The position numbers and the translations under genes were made by a program. The notes under the pieces were generated by a model. That model saw only the letters and a list, made by a program, of their open reading frames with translations. It was not told where the DNA came from and searched no databases. A stretch of 64,000 bases of DNA from Ancylonema sp. Its lineage: Eukaryota. The stretch is taken from the NCBI GenBank assembly GCA_050230475.1, contig JBFLGF010000093.1:62001-126000 (forward strand), read 5' to 3'. Below, in pieces: positions 63,486 to 64,000 of this stretch (its first letter is position 1; each line of letters opens with the position of its first letter).

Positions 63486-64000
63486 GTAGGAATTATATCG
63501 GATAGCCATGTTTGCTAGTGTGCTAGTCCGGACTACCGGTTAGTGTAACCGGTAGGATTCCTAGGGTGAGCTTATACTGAGGGGCCGGACTGATGTCCGG
63601 GTACCCGAATATGACGTTTCGATTGTGCCGTTTGTAGCACGTGCGGTCTAGATGGTTCCGAATCTAGACGTTATGTCTTGTCACACTGTCCGGCATGTGC
63701 CGTTGTCAGGACTGACTGTTGTTATGTTTTTGATAGGCCGACGGTCCATCGATACGACCGTCGGCACGCTTTGTAGATTCTTGTTTTGGACGAGGCATCG
63801 TGGTATACCTACACGATGCCGACCATTCAATAATAATTCTACACAATACTTGTCATTTATCATTTCTCTTTGAGAGACGTAGTTCCTTGTACGGAAAGAT
63901 TCACACGATCTTGCACACCTATCACGTAACATCGCTAAAGGTTATGGGCCCACAAGCGGTCTAGTTAAAGACGCTCTGTCAATAACTACAGGCATTCCTC
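63486..64000 (+). mobile_element. 5' LTR and PBS of a further B-family copia (K) inserted antisense into element I gag
   Basis: LTR about 63486-63939 homologous to 28976-29428, ending CGCTAAA; PBS GGTTATGGGCCCAC at 63940-63953; runs off the window. Confidence 0.9.

Overview
Eukaryotic, repeat-dominated window, most likely from a green plant or streptophyte alga (inference: both primer-binding-site types match plant tRNA-iMet). About 1-40 kb and 60.6-64 kb form a nested stack of mostly decayed LTR retrotransposons. They comprise several Ty1/copia elements primed by an internal (half) tRNA-iMet, Tcn1/Tf1-like self-priming Ty3/gypsy elements, a tRNA-Met-primed chromovirus and a further gypsy-like gag-protease element. 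About 40-60 kb is mostly non-autonomous DNA transposons (TA-TSD pogo/Tc2-like MITEs, a MULE with a 9-bp TSD, a foldback element), a compound microsatellite and one candidate spliced gene of unknown function. Main points: (1) a copia clade whose LTRs end TG...AA rather than TG...CA, fixed by target-site duplications; (2) two diverged Gag+protease-only copia elements sharing a C-terminal tail, one with an intact 619-aa ORF; (3) three reverse-transcription priming modes in one window; (4) an inversion of at least 15 kb revealed by a split TSD and a split gag; (5) a -1 frameshift signal and conserved LTR hairpins. Two single-N gaps (1985, 38211) and many homopolymer indels mean some breaks could be assembly artefacts. 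Element letters (A-K) are my own labels.
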